A stretch of DNA of 51,977 nucleotides from Thermoplasmata archaeon (GTDB lineage: Archaea > Thermoplasmatota > Thermoplasmata > Lutacidiplasmatales > UBA184): NCBI GenBank assembly GCA_022750125.1, contig JAKIWH010000002.1, positions 1 through 51,977 on the forward strand, written 5' to 3'. Each line of letters starts with the position of its first letter. Position 1 is the first letter of the stretch. Position numbers and translations under genes: made by a program. This document shows, piece after piece, positions 38,433 through 48,482 of the stretch. The notes under the pieces are model-generated. The model did not search any database, was not told the origin of the DNA, and saw nothing but the letters and a program-made list of their open reading frames with translations.

Positions 38433-38945
38433 TCAGACGGCGTTCGGGGGGGCTGCGGGGCCGTCCCCGAGGCGACGGCCGTCGGCCGTCATGCGCAGGT
38501 AGAGCAGGATCGGCTGCGCCAGCCAAGCCACCGTCCAGCCGCGCTCGGTCAGCGAGTATCGGACCCGCGGAGGGCGCGTATCGAGAATCTGTCGGCGCAC
38601 CATCGAGTTCTGCTCGAGCTCCTTCAGTTTGAGGGAGAGCACCCGCGGGCTGATGTTCGGGAGGCCCCGCCGGAGCTCCTCGAACCCGATCGAGGGCACC
38701 GCATGGAGCGCGAGCAAGACATCCGCCGACCACTTTCCGAAGATCGACCGGATGATCTTGAGGTCGCCCTGAGCGGTCGTCAGCGGGTCGGAGGGAGGCC
38801 CGCGCAGGTCGGTGACCCGCTCGGCCAGACGCACCGCGGACTCGCGGAAGTCGGAGAACCAGTGTTCGATGTCCGCCTCCGGCGTTGGGAGTTCGGCGGA
38901 CAAAGTCTTCGTTGGCCGACTCGCGACCGTCGCCGTGCTCGGCAT
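38433..38945 (-). CDS. HxlR/DUF24-family winged-helix regulator
   Basis: GKWS, ISPRVLSLKLKELE, PPRVRYSLTERG. Probable start is ATG 38945, about 30 nt from ATTTATATT. Confidence 0.9.
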   Translation of the reverse strand: MPSTATVASRPTKTLSAELPTPEADIEHWFSDFRESAVRLAERVTDLRGPPSDPLTTAQGDLKIIRSIFGKWSADVLLALHAVPSIGFEELRRGLPNISPRVLSLKLKELEQNSMVRRQILDTRPPRVRYSLTERGWTVAWLAQPILLYLRMTADGRRLGDGPAAPPNAV

Positions 38946-38973
38946 GATCTTCGACCGGTCATCCGAGATGCGC

Positions 38974-38982
38974 AATATAAAT
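38974..38982. promoter_or_regulatory. TATA box (AATATAAAT), possibly bidirectional
   Basis: The only strong AT box between the divergent hxlR-like and AlkP-family genes. Confidence 0.55.
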
Positions 38983-39126
38983 CGGTAGTAATGAAACGGA
39001 TACCACGAGAGCGACTGCTAGGCGAGCCCCCCGGCCATCGCGGGGGGACCGGCGCCCTCACCGGTCCCCTCGGGTGTAACCGATTCGTGAGCGGAGCCAG
39101 AAATACCCAGTTACGGTTCAATCATC

Positions 39127-40608
39127 ATGGGCGACGAACGGAACGGGCTTCCCCGGCGAAGGCTGTTGGTCCTCGGCCTCGACGGAGTTCCGCCGGAGTT
39201 CCTGTTCGAACGGTACCGGGACGTCACCCCCAATCTCACGAAGCTCCTCGACCACGCGCTTCGGGCCCCGCTTCGAACGACCGACCCGCCGATCTCGGTT
39301 CCCGCGTGGCCCGTCATGTTCACGGGGGTCGACCCCGGAACGCTCGGGGTCTACGGCTTCCGCCATCGGAAGGGCGGGTCGTACACCGAGATGTACCTCC
39401 CGACCTCGCGGGGACTCCCCGTCCCCACCATCTGGGAGACGCTCTCGGTGCGAGGCTACCGGGTCGCCGTGGTCGGGATGCCGCTCGGGTACCCTCCCCC
39501 CCCGGTGAACGGGGCGTACATCTCCGACTTCCTCACCCCCAGCGACAGCCCGACGTTCACTCACCCCGCCGAGCTGCGTGCCGAGATCGAGGACCGATTC
39601 GGCCCGTACCCGTTCGATGTCGTGTTCCGGTCGCAGGGCCGTGACCAGCTGTTTCCGCAGCTTCTTGCCATGACGCGCAAGCGGTTCGAGATCGCCCGCT
39701 GGCTCTACGAGCGGGAGCCCTGGGACGTCTTCGCGGTCCACGAGATCGGCACCGACCGGCTCAACCACGCGTACTGGAAGTACTTCAACCGCGACCATCC
39801 GAGACACGAGCCCGGCAACCGGTTCGAGCATGTGGACCTCGAGTACTACGCCGCGCTGGACCAGTGCATCGGCAGCCTCCTCGAGCTCACCGACGAGCGA
39901 ACGATCGTCGTCATCGCTTCCGACCACGGGTCGATGTCGATGAACGGCTGTTTCTGCATCAACCAGTGGCTCGAGGCGAAGGGCTACCTTGTCCTGAAGC
40001 GGCCTCCGCCCGCGCCGGGAACCCCGCTCGAGAAGGCCGAGGTGGACTGGAAGGCGACGACGGCCTGGGGCGAGGGTGGCTACTACGCCCGGATCTTCTT
40101 CAACGTCCGCGGCCGCGAGCCCTCGGGTGCCGTTCCGGCCGGGCAGGTGGTCGCGCTGCGGCGCCAGATCGCCCGGGACCTGGCGACGATCACCGATCCC
40201 GAGGGCCGTCCGATCGGGGTCCGGATCCTCGACCCCAGAGAGATCTACGCCACGGTGCGCGGGGACGCCCCGGACCTCATCGTCTACCTGGGCGAGTTGC
40301 GGTGGCGCTCGGGGGGAACGATCGGCCATCCGGGCCTCTTCCTCCAGGAGAACGACATCGGGCCCGACGACGCGGTGCACGGGGTCGATGGGGTCTTCCT
40401 CCTCTACGACCCGAAGGACCCCGTCGCGCGGACCCACGCGACGATCCAGATCCGCGACGTCACACCGACCCTGCTGAGCCTCCTCGGGGAGCCGATCCCG
40501 AGGCACGTCCAGGGCTCCCCCGTGCTCGACGTGGTCGAGCACGTACCGGGGGCACGTCCGCCGACCTCGGAGCAGCTCGCGGCGGCGCCGCTCCCCGCTC
40601 AGCCGTAG
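39127..40608 (+). CDS. Alkaline-phosphatase-superfamily protein (type I phosphodiesterase / nucleotide pyrophosphatase, COG3379-like)
   Basis: LGLDG, PPISVPAW..MFTG, DRLNH, SDHG, DDAVH..GVF; no signal peptide. Confidence 0.88.
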   Translation: MGDERNGLPRRRLLVLGLDGVPPEFLFERYRDVTPNLTKLLDHALRAPLRTTDPPISVPAWPVMFTGVDPGTLGVYGFRHRKGGSYTEMYLPTSRGLPVPTIWETLSVRGYRVAVVGMPLGYPPPPVNGAYISDFLTPSDSPTFTHPAELRAEIEDRFGPYPFDVVFRSQGRDQLFPQLLAMTRKRFEIARWLYEREPWDVFAVHEIGTDRLNHAYWKYFNRDHPRHEPGNRFEHVDLEYYAALDQCIGSLLELTDERTIVVIASDHGSMSMNGCFCINQWLEAKGYLVLKRPPPAPGTPLEKAEVDWKATTAWGEGGYYARIFFNVRGREPSGAVPAGQVVALRRQIARDLATITDPEGRPIGVRILDPREIYATVRGDAPDLIVYLGELRWRSGGTIGHPGLFLQENDIGPDDAVHGVDGVFLLYDPKDPVARTHATIQIRDVTPTLLSLLGEPIPRHVQGSPVLDVVEHVPGARPPTSEQLAAAPLPAQP

Positions 40609-42089
40609 CCCCACGAGCGGAGCCGCACGTCAAGGCCGGTCATCGGCTTCTCGCCCTGCGACAGCTCGGAGCGCTGTCGGTCCGCTTCCTCCGCGAGGTA
40701 CCCTCCGAAGATCGGGGTGGCGCGGTCGGTCGCCTCCGCTCGCTCGAACACCTCGGGCGGGCGGTGGTCGGGGTCGGCCTCGGCGTCCCACTCGTAGAGC
40801 GTGCGCGTGGCGAGGTCCAGCACCCACTTCGACCGCTCGCGGTAGGCCGCGAGCAGCCGGTGGTTCCACAGTTGGTCCATCCGGATCCCCTGCAGCGACC
40901 GATTCGGGTCGGAGGCGGGGGCGCCCTCGCAGAAGACCGCACCGTCCTCGGGCGCGGCCGCCCGGTGGGGGAAGGGGGCGTGCCCTTCCTCGTCGAACGG
41001 CGCGAGCCCCATCGCGGTGCTCCGCAGCCACGATACGACCTCGGCGAGGCTCGTCCAGCGTTCGACGCGCCGCGGAACCGAGTGCTCCTCGGGAGGCACC
41101 ACGAGGAGAGGCACCCGGGCGATCGAATCGGTCGCCCCGCAGCCGTGGTAGACGTTCCCCCCCTCCCCGAACGACTGGCCGTGGTCCGCGGTGACGACGA
41201 ACAGCGTGCGGGACCATCGCCCGTGGCGGCGCAGGCTCCCGACGAGCTCACCGATCTTCAGGTCCGCGAGCTCGAGGGTGCGGAAGTAGCCGGCGAGCAG
41301 CGAGTCCCACGGAACGAACCGCTGGAGCCCGTCGACCGCGAGCAGGTAGTACCTCGGCGTGCGCGCGTACCAGCGGGCGAGGGGACCGACCGGGTGCCCG
41401 TTCGGCACCTCGGGGTACGGTTCGTGGGCGTCGACGAGGTTCACGAAGGCGAAGAACGGGCGGTCCGCCGGTTGCTGGCCGACCCACCGGTCGAACTCGC
41501 CGACCACCTCGGGTCCGCACACCTCGCGCTTGAACGCGACCTCCTGGGGGTGGTTGAACGCGTTCATCGGCACGATGCACGGCGGAAGCCGCTCGATGAG
41601 CCGGCGGATCTCCGAGGAGTAGAGGAAATCCGCGTGGCCGGCCCACCGGTTGGCCGCCGTCCGATCCTCGTCGGAGATCCCGATGTGGCGGGCGTACCGG
41701 TGGTCGAACCCGTCCTCGAGGCCGTACCCGCCGACCAGATGGACCATCTCGGTGAACATCGCGGTCGAGTAGCCGCGGCGGCGCAGCCAGGCGGCGACGG
41801 TCTCCCGGGGCGCGGCCCCCCGCTCGAAGGTCCGAACGCCGTGGACGTTCGGATAGACCCCGCTGAAGAGCGAGGCATGGGAGGGGATCGTCCAGTTCGC
41901 CGTGGCGACCGCCCTCGGGAAGACGGTCCCCCGGCGCGCCAGCTCCGCGAGCACCGGCGTGACCGGCCCCTCGGTGCCGCCGAGGGCGGGCAGGCTCTTC
42001 GCCCGGGCGCAGTCGAGCACGACGACGACGATGTTGGTCCCGCTCGGCGGTGGCAGGCCGCCGGCAGCTCCGGGGGGGCTCTCGCTCAT
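40599..42089 (-). CDS. Sulfatase-like hydrolase/transferase (TxPSH type)
   Basis: NIVVVVLDCAR, WTIPSHASLFSG, NLVDAHEPY, TADHG, RVPLLV. ATG 42089 overlaps the upstream stop. Confidence 0.88.
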   Translation of the reverse strand: MSESPPGAAGGLPPPSGTNIVVVVLDCARAKSLPALGGTEGPVTPVLAELARRGTVFPRAVATANWTIPSHASLFSGVYPNVHGVRTFERGAAPRETVAAWLRRRGYSTAMFTEMVHLVGGYGLEDGFDHRYARHIGISDEDRTAANRWAGHADFLYSSEIRRLIERLPPCIVPMNAFNHPQEVAFKREVCGPEVVGEFDRWVGQQPADRPFFAFVNLVDAHEPYPEVPNGHPVGPLARWYARTPRYYLLAVDGLQRFVPWDSLLAGYFRTLELADLKIGELVGSLRRHGRWSRTLFVVTADHGQSFGEGGNVYHGCGATDSIARVPLLVVPPEEHSVPRRVERWTSLAEVVSWLRSTAMGLAPFDEEGHAPFPHRAAAPEDGAVFCEGAPASDPNRSLQGIRMDQLWNHRLLAAYRERSKWVLDLATRTLYEWDAEADPDHRPPEVFERAEATDRATPIFGGYLAEEADRQRSELSQGEKPMTGLDVRLRSWGYG

Positions 42090-44623
42090 CCTTCGAGGAT
42101 CACCCACTCGGCGTTCGAGTAGACGGGGTGGAAGCCGAACGCCGCCTCGTAGTACCCGACCTGGGCGGCGTCGTACGAGTCGGCGGGCCAGAGCAGGAAG
42201 TGGATGCTGTGCTCGGCGAGGAACTGCTGGGTCTGGAAGACGGGGCGCACCTGATCGGTCGGGAGCTGGGTCCCCGTCGGGAGGACGGAGAGGTTGAGGG
42301 TGAACGATCGCCCCGTGACGGGGAAGACGGCCTTCCACTCCGACCCGCCGTCGAACCGGGCGCTCGAGGTGTTGGACGGGAGAGGGTTGAGGCCGACGGT
42401 CGCACCGACCTGGGCCGGGTTGGGATTTTGGCCGACCGTCCCCTGGACCTCCCAGGTGAGCACCCCGGCGGCGTAGGCCTGTTCGGTGATACGGTCCCGG
42501 GCGAGCTGGGGAGACCCACCGGGGGGCGACGCGAGCCCGAGACCGAAGGAACGGACGGTCTGGCCCGCGGCGGCGACGACCTGGAACTCGATGATCGCGC
42601 TCCCGTTGCCGGTCGGCTGGGCGACCTCGGTGACGGTGGCGGCGGGGGTGACGTACACGATCGTCGCGGCCCCGCCGGCCGCCTGGGGGCTCGTGAAGGT
42701 CGGAGCCGCTCTCCCGGTGAGCAGCGGGTAGGTCGTGAGCGTGGTCCCGGACCCGGCGGTGACGTACAACGCGCCGGGGAGCACACGAAAGATCGGGAAC
42801 GGCACCCCGAGGTCGTAGACCGTGTACAGGGGAGCCTGGCTCAGCAGGGAGGTCTGGAAGCCCGAGAAGGAGAGCACCCCCGGCCCGTCCGCGAGGACGG
42901 TCTGCGCGTTCAGGGCCCAGTACGATTCCTGGGCCACGCCGATCTGGAACGGGTCGAAGAGGAGCCAGACGGGTCCGGCAGTGTACGAGGCCCGATTGGT
43001 GAGCGCTTCGCACCACCGGGCCGCGGTCGTCACCGTCAGCACGTTGCCACCGGCAGGCTGCGTCCGCAGCCAGGAGGTCGCGGCGACGAAGGCGGCGTCG
43101 TGCGCCGAGTGGGAGCCCGACGACTCCCCGAGCTGGACCGCGGGGATCGTCACGGTCGAGAACAGCAGGAACAGGAGAGCACCGACCATCGCCGGCGCGA
43201 CCCAGCCGGCCGACCGTCCGGAGGTCGTCCACCGCGGAGATCGCGTTCGGTAGGGTCCATCGGGCGCGGCCGGGAGGTCGGGAGCAGCGGCCCGCTCACG
43301 CGCGGCCCAGCGCGTGAGCCGGTCGGCGGCCACCACCGCGAGCAGGAGCGACGGCAACGGGAGGAAGTAGAGGAACCGTTCGTAATCGGTGGCCACATGC
43401 GCAAGCCAGCCCAGGGCCGGGACGCTCGCGACCGAGGCGAGCCAGCCCGCGGCGACGGTGAGGGGGAGCGACAGCGCGTGGGGCCGGAGCGCGCGGACCA
43501 CGAGCAACCCGACGAGCAGGAGCACGGGGATCGCGAGGAGGATCGCGGTGGCGATATTCGGGTCGAGGACCAGCGTGCTCCCGGCCGGGGAGAACGCCGG
43601 GTAGTGGCCCAACGGGACGAAGATCTCCCCGATCTCGTCGACGGCATACGCCGACGGATTCGAGTAGAAGTAGCTCGGATGCGAGATCCCGAGCCGGGCC
43701 GTCACCGCGCCGTAGATCCCGACGAGGGCGGCGACGCCGAAGCCCCCCAGCAGGTTGCGACGGTCCAGGAAGAAACGGAAGGAGACCCCGCGTGTCAGCG
43801 CCAGGAACAGGCTCGAGCCGGCAAGGCTCGCGATGAGGAGGAAGAACGTCAGGTCGTGGGCGAGGTAGGTCAGCCCGACCAGCGAGTAGAACCCGACGGC
43901 GTCCCTCGTCCGTCCCTCTCGAACGAAGAGGAGGAAGAAGACCATCGCCTCGTTGAAGAGGACGAGCGCGAAGAGGTTCGGGTACGCCCCCCAGAAGAGC
44001 ATCTGCAAGGTGGTACCGCAGCCGAGACCTGCCCCCACGAGCGCGACCTGCAGGAACCCCGTGTGGAGGTAGCGCCGGGCGAGATGGATGAGCGAAAGCC
44101 CGTAGGCGGCGATGAGACCGACGGCGAGGATCGATGCGGCGAGGGGAGGGCTCGAGGTCACGAGAACGAGAAAGCCCAGCACCGGGAAGAGGAGAGGAGA
44201 GTACACGCCCGGCTGGTTCGCTGGGTCCGGGGCGGTCGGCAGCCCTCCGTACGGGTAGGAGACGGAGAGCCAATGGCCCGGGTCGACCCCCGGCGGCAAC
44301 GGCGCTTGGGAGAACTCGACGGCGACCGCGATGGAGACCCCGAGCGTGAGGAGGAGCATCGGAAGGAGGTACCATCGATTCACCGTCGATCGCGATCGCC
44401 AATGGGCGGCGAGCTCCCGTGTCACGTGGCCGGCCTGCGTACGGAGCGACCGGGCGCGCGGCGCGTCGAACGGCGTCCCGTGCCGGGTCGGGAACCCGAG
44501 CGCGTCGCTCGCCGGTGCTGACGCTCCCGCTCCGCCCGGCTCCCCGTACGATTGCCACGTCTCGTTCGTCGCCGTCCCCCCTACTCCGCTGGTCCTTCCC
44601 ACCCGAGGATCGAGGTGGACCAC
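42086..44623 (-). CDS. GT-C-like multi-TM membrane protein with extracellular C-terminal domain (paralogue 1)
   Basis: PGVDPGHW after TM1, YSPLLFP, WGAYPNL, TDYERF; about 12 TM then a soluble domain ending VYSNAEW. True start may be further downstream. Confidence 0.7.
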   Translation of the reverse strand: MVHLDPRVGRTSGVGGTATNETWQSYGEPGGAGASAPASDALGFPTRHGTPFDAPRARSLRTQAGHVTRELAAHWRSRSTVNRWYLLPMLLLTLGVSIAVAVEFSQAPLPPGVDPGHWLSVSYPYGGLPTAPDPANQPGVYSPLLFPVLGFLVLVTSSPPLAASILAVGLIAAYGLSLIHLARRYLHTGFLQVALVGAGLGCGTTLQMLFWGAYPNLFALVLFNEAMVFFLLFVREGRTRDAVGFYSLVGLTYLAHDLTFFLLIASLAGSSLFLALTRGVSFRFFLDRRNLLGGFGVAALVGIYGAVTARLGISHPSYFYSNPSAYAVDEIGEIFVPLGHYPAFSPAGSTLVLDPNIATAILLAIPVLLLVGLLVVRALRPHALSLPLTVAAGWLASVASVPALGWLAHVATDYERFLYFLPLPSLLLAVVAADRLTRWAARERAAAPDLPAAPDGPYRTRSPRWTTSGRSAGWVAPAMVGALLFLLFSTVTIPAVQLGESSGSHSAHDAAFVAATSWLRTQPAGGNVLTVTTAARWCEALTNRASYTAGPVWLLFDPFQIGVAQESYWALNAQTVLADGPGVLSFSGFQTSLLSQAPLYTVYDLGVPFPIFRVLPGALYVTAGSGTTLTTYPLLTGRAAPTFTSPQAAGGAATIVYVTPAATVTEVAQPTGNGSAIIEFQVVAAAGQTVRSFGLGLASPPGGSPQLARDRITEQAYAAGVLTWEVQGTVGQNPNPAQVGATVGLNPLPSNTSSARFDGGSEWKAVFPVTGRSFTLNLSVLPTGTQLPTDQVRPVFQTQQFLAEHSIHFLLWPADSYDAAQVGYYEAAFGFHPVYSNAEWVILEG

Positions 44624-44694
44624 GGGGTGAGCGGTCCAAAAGGCGCATCGTAGGGGCTCGGTTAGGGGCTATGCTCACGGAGAGCCGTCAACGA

Positions 44695-47141
44695 TCACAC
44701 GGAGGGGGAGGGGACGAGGAGGACGGTCCACTCCGGGTTCTGATAGAGGATGGGAAGCCCGTACTCTCGGACGAGGTACGCCGACTCCCCCGGCAGCGCG
44801 ACGATCGGGTTGGGCGCGAACGACGCGTTGCGCATCAGGACGAACCGGACCCCGAGCTGACTCCAGATCCCGGGGGCGCTCAGTACGGGAGGAACCGTCA
44901 CGACGTAGCTCGCGGCCTGGGGTGTCGTGAGGGTGAGGCTTCCGTCGAGGGAAGTGCTCACCGAGGGGTCGGCGGGGCGGTAGACGAGTTGGACGGCCGG
45001 CCCGCCGGCGCTCGGGTCGTACTCCGTCGCGCTGACGAGCGCATCCGCCGGAGCGACCGTCCCGGAGGTCACGGGGCGGACCGACCCCCCGATGAGCTGC
45101 CAGCTGAACTCGCCCGGTGTTCCGGTTCCCGTCACGGTCGCCCGAGTCGCGGTCTCGGGAACGATCGTCAGGGCGAGCGACCGGAGGGTGTGCGGGCCCG
45201 TCGTCGTGACCGTGAACGCTACGCGGTCGGAGCGACCGGGTCGACCGAGATCGATACCACGAGCGTGAACCCCGTCTCGGTGTACACGACCGTCATCGGT
45301 TGGCCGGCGCTCGCTGGGAGGGAGACGACGGGGGTCCCGTTCAACCGTCCGTCGGTGAGGCGGCCGGTCCCGGGGTCGGAGAGCTGCACGACGACGCTCT
45401 GGGGGACGACACGCAGGACCGGGTGGACCGGACCCGAGAGCGACACCGAGTAGTCCGGCAAGCCGTCGGCGTCGGTCGGGTTCACCGCGTGCACCGCGGC
45501 CGTGACCTTCCCGTTCGTCAGCGCGTAATGGCTAACGAGGGCGTAGTACGCGAGCTGCGCGTCGGTCGCCTGCGACGGATAGAACAGGTAGAGCGGCGAG
45601 CTCGGGGCGTAAGCGTTCTGGGCGGTGAGCGCGCGGGTCCACTTCTCCGCTCCGGCGACGGTGAGCGTCGCTCCCCGGACCCCGCTGTGACGGATCGCGT
45701 TGACCGCGTCGAGAAACGCGGCGTCGTGCCCCACCTTCGTGAACGCCGCGTCGGACCGGGACATCGCGGGAGCGGTCGCCGAGAGCGTGAGCAGCAGGAC
45801 GACGGCCACCCCGACGATCGCCATCGCTCCGGTGCGCGGAATCGACCTGGCGGCCTTCCACCCCCGCGCGGCTCGGTTCGGGGCGGGCTGGGAAGGGGTC
45901 GTGGGCGGCTCCGACGTGGTGGCCGTCAGCGTGGGGCCCTTACGGAGCACCCAGGCGGTCTCCCAGAAGTACGCGGCCGTCAGGACGACGGGGGTCAGCA
46001 GGAGGAACCCGAACCGATGGTAATCCGTGACGATCTGCAGGAAGATCCCGACGATCGCAAGCACCATCGGCGCGAGCAGCCAGGCCAGCAGCAGCAGGGC
46101 GCTCGGCGTCAGCCAGCGGGGCCGCCGATCCCGTAGGAGGGCGAAGACGGTGAGCCCGGTCCCCACCCCCACCGCAAGGAGGTCGAGGGCGAGCGCCCGT
46201 CCGATGTAGACGTGCGGCACGAGCGCCTGGAAGATCGTGCCGAACGGGAGGAGGGTGAACTCGCCCGAGCTCGACTGAAAGTAGTCCGGATGAGTGATCC
46301 CGAGGGCGAAGGTCCCCCCGTAGTAGCCGCCGACGGTGACGAGGACGAGCAGGAGGCCGACGAGCCCCCCGTGCGACTGGACAAGGGCCCGGGCCGCGAT
46401 GGACGGGGACTCGAGCTCCCCGCGCTCGGCCTCACGGACCGCCTGCGCACGCGGCGGGGTCGGGATGAGACCTCCGAGCCCGAGGAACAGGACCGTCCCA
46501 GTGGAGAGGGCGATCCCCACGAGCGAGTGGGTCAGGACCGTCGCCGCGAAGCAGGCCCAGAATTGGAAGGCGCCGGAGGAGGGGTGCCCACGACCCGCCC
46601 GTAGGAGGCCGATCCAAGCGAGGTTCATGAAGACGTACGCGAGGAGGTTCGGGTACGCTCCCCAGTAGAACATGTCCAACAGCGACGGATCGATGAGCAG
46701 GACGCTCACGGCGAGCAGGGCCATGGTGTCCGTTCGCAGCAAGTACCGAGCTAGCGCGTAGGTCGAAATCCCCAACATGAACAGGAGGACGGGGGCGAAG
46801 AGCTGGGCCCCCTCGACCGGACCGAGCGCTCCGACGAACAGCCCGAGGATCGGGAACAGAAGGGGGGGATAGCCGAAGGGGGTGAGCTGGGAGGGATACG
46901 GCTGGCCAAGGTAGATGTAACCGGTGGCGACCCAGTTGCCTGGGTCCCCGCCCGGCACCACCGGGGTGTTGTGGAACACCAGTCCCAGCCAGGCGGCCAT
47001 CCCCCCCGAGAACCCGAGCGCGACGATCCAGTAGGTCCAGGCCGCCCCACCGGTCTTGCCCAGCCGTGCGTGGACGTTCTGGGCCCCGTGCTCCATCGGC
47101 CGAATTGCCCGGCCCAACGAATCGGACGACTGGTATGCCAT
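44695..47141 (-). pseudogene. GT-C-like membrane protein (paralogue 2), frameshifted near 45222
   Basis: PGGDPGNW, YPPLLFP, WGAYPNL and TDYHRF match paralogue 1. Homology continues past TAG 45219 in another frame to LYQNPEW. Confidence 0.75.
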
Positions 47142-47321
47142 CGGCCCGACTCCGTGCCCGGACGAATTCGACGAGGCAAGGCGTTGAATACCATCGCTAA
47201 AGGTTAGGATAGGTCGTCACTTACCGGACACGCTTCGGGGGACGGCGCAGGGCCGGGGGCGACCCCTAACCCAGATGTTCTGTCCGAACCCGCGGGCTCA
47301 TAGCAGTCCGACCCCCGTCGG

Positions 47322-48482
47322 GTGGACCAAGAGATGGCGCGAAGGCTTGGTCGGGGATGGAGTGACGGCGCTGGAAGAACATCGATCGTCCTGAGCTTCA
47401 CGCTCGTAGCGCTCTTGGCCCTCTTCGTGCCGGTACTCCATCCGGCTCCCGCGTCCCGGCCCTCGGGCATCGAAGCCCTCCGGGAGCTACCGCACGGTTC
47501 GGGTGGAGCGCCCCCCCTCGTCAACAACGGGGACTTCTACGTGAACGACTCGACTCCGCCGGGGTCGTTCCCGGTCGGGAGCCGTTTGACCGCGAGCTAC
47601 CAGCTCGTGGTGCCTGGATTCCCGAACGGCCCCGCCGGGCAGATTCACGTGCCGAGCGCCGTCGCAGTCTTCCCGGGCGCGTCGGGTCCGATCCACGTCT
47701 ACATCCCGTCGGCTAACCTCACCGTCTCCCCGGGCGGGCAGGTCACTCCGTCCGAGAACAGCTCGACTCGACTCACGTCGACCACCCAGTTCAGCCCGAC
47801 CACCCCGGCCTCCCTCGCGTCGCAAGGCTTCGCCGTGCAGGCGTCGTGGCCTGTGGGGACGCACTCGGTCGGGATCCAATGGAGCTGGTCGATCGCGACG
47901 CCGGACGGCGTCGTGACGAACGGGCCCGCCTCGAACCGAGTGTCGATCGCTCCGGCAGAGACAGCGACGGTGGCGAACAACCCCCCGGCCTCCGTTCCGC
48001 TCGGGGGGAGCTACCCGATCTGCCTCAGCGGCCCGGTCACCGGCCGTACCTTCTCCGCCCACTTTTCGACGGACTCCCCGTTCACCACGTACTCGGCTCC
48101 ACCCGTGACCGTAACGAACCTGTCGGGGGGTGAGTTCTGCTGGAGCACGACGGTTCCAGCCTCCCTCCCCTCGGGTGCAGCGAACGTTCATCTGTGGGAG
48201 TATGCCGCGGGGACCTACCTACTCTACGAGTTCCCCGTCCAACTCGACGGGTCGTCGACCTCCTCGACCGCCGGCGGGGGGGGCCTCCGACTGTCGTCGG
48301 TCGGAGTAGCGGCCGTGGGAGCGGTGGCGGTCGCATCGGCCGTGGCGGGGGTTGGCGTCCTCTCCCGGCGCCACGCTCGGGTGTCCAATGTCCCGTCAGC
48401 CGTACCGCCGTCCGTAGCGGCAACACCGCGAAACTCCAGTCCCCCGTCTCCTCCCGAGAGCCGCTGGACCTGGCGACCCTAG
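47322..48482 (+). CDS. Secreted, C-terminally anchored surface protein of unknown function
   Basis: Hydrophobic leader, S/T/P-rich beta region, C-terminal TM plus RRH; homologous to the N-terminal region of the 32603-35854 protein. Confidence 0.75.
   Translation: MDQEMARRLGRGWSDGAGRTSIVLSFTLVALLALFVPVLHPAPASRPSGIEALRELPHGSGGAPPLVNNGDFYVNDSTPPGSFPVGSRLTASYQLVVPGFPNGPAGQIHVPSAVAVFPGASGPIHVYIPSANLTVSPGGQVTPSENSSTRLTSTTQFSPTTPASLASQGFAVQASWPVGTHSVGIQWSWSIATPDGVVTNGPASNRVSIAPAETATVANNPPASVPLGGSYPICLSGPVTGRTFSAHFSTDSPFTTYSAPPVTVTNLSGGEFCWSTTVPASLPSGAANVHLWEYAAGTYLLYEFPVQLDGSSTSSTAGGGGLRLSSVGVAAVGAVAVASAVAGVGVLSRRHARVSNVPSAVPPSVAATPRNSSPPSPPESRWTWRP

Noticed and set aside
39112..39120. TACGGTTCA shared with 49241-49249
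   Set aside because: Only 9 nt and at different distances from the start codons; not enough to call a motif.
45219..45221. Pyrrolysine or other readthrough of the TAG in GT-C paralogue 2
   Set aside because: In-frame sequence after TAG (RSRSRRRAR) is not homologous to paralogue 1; the homologous continuation is in another frame.
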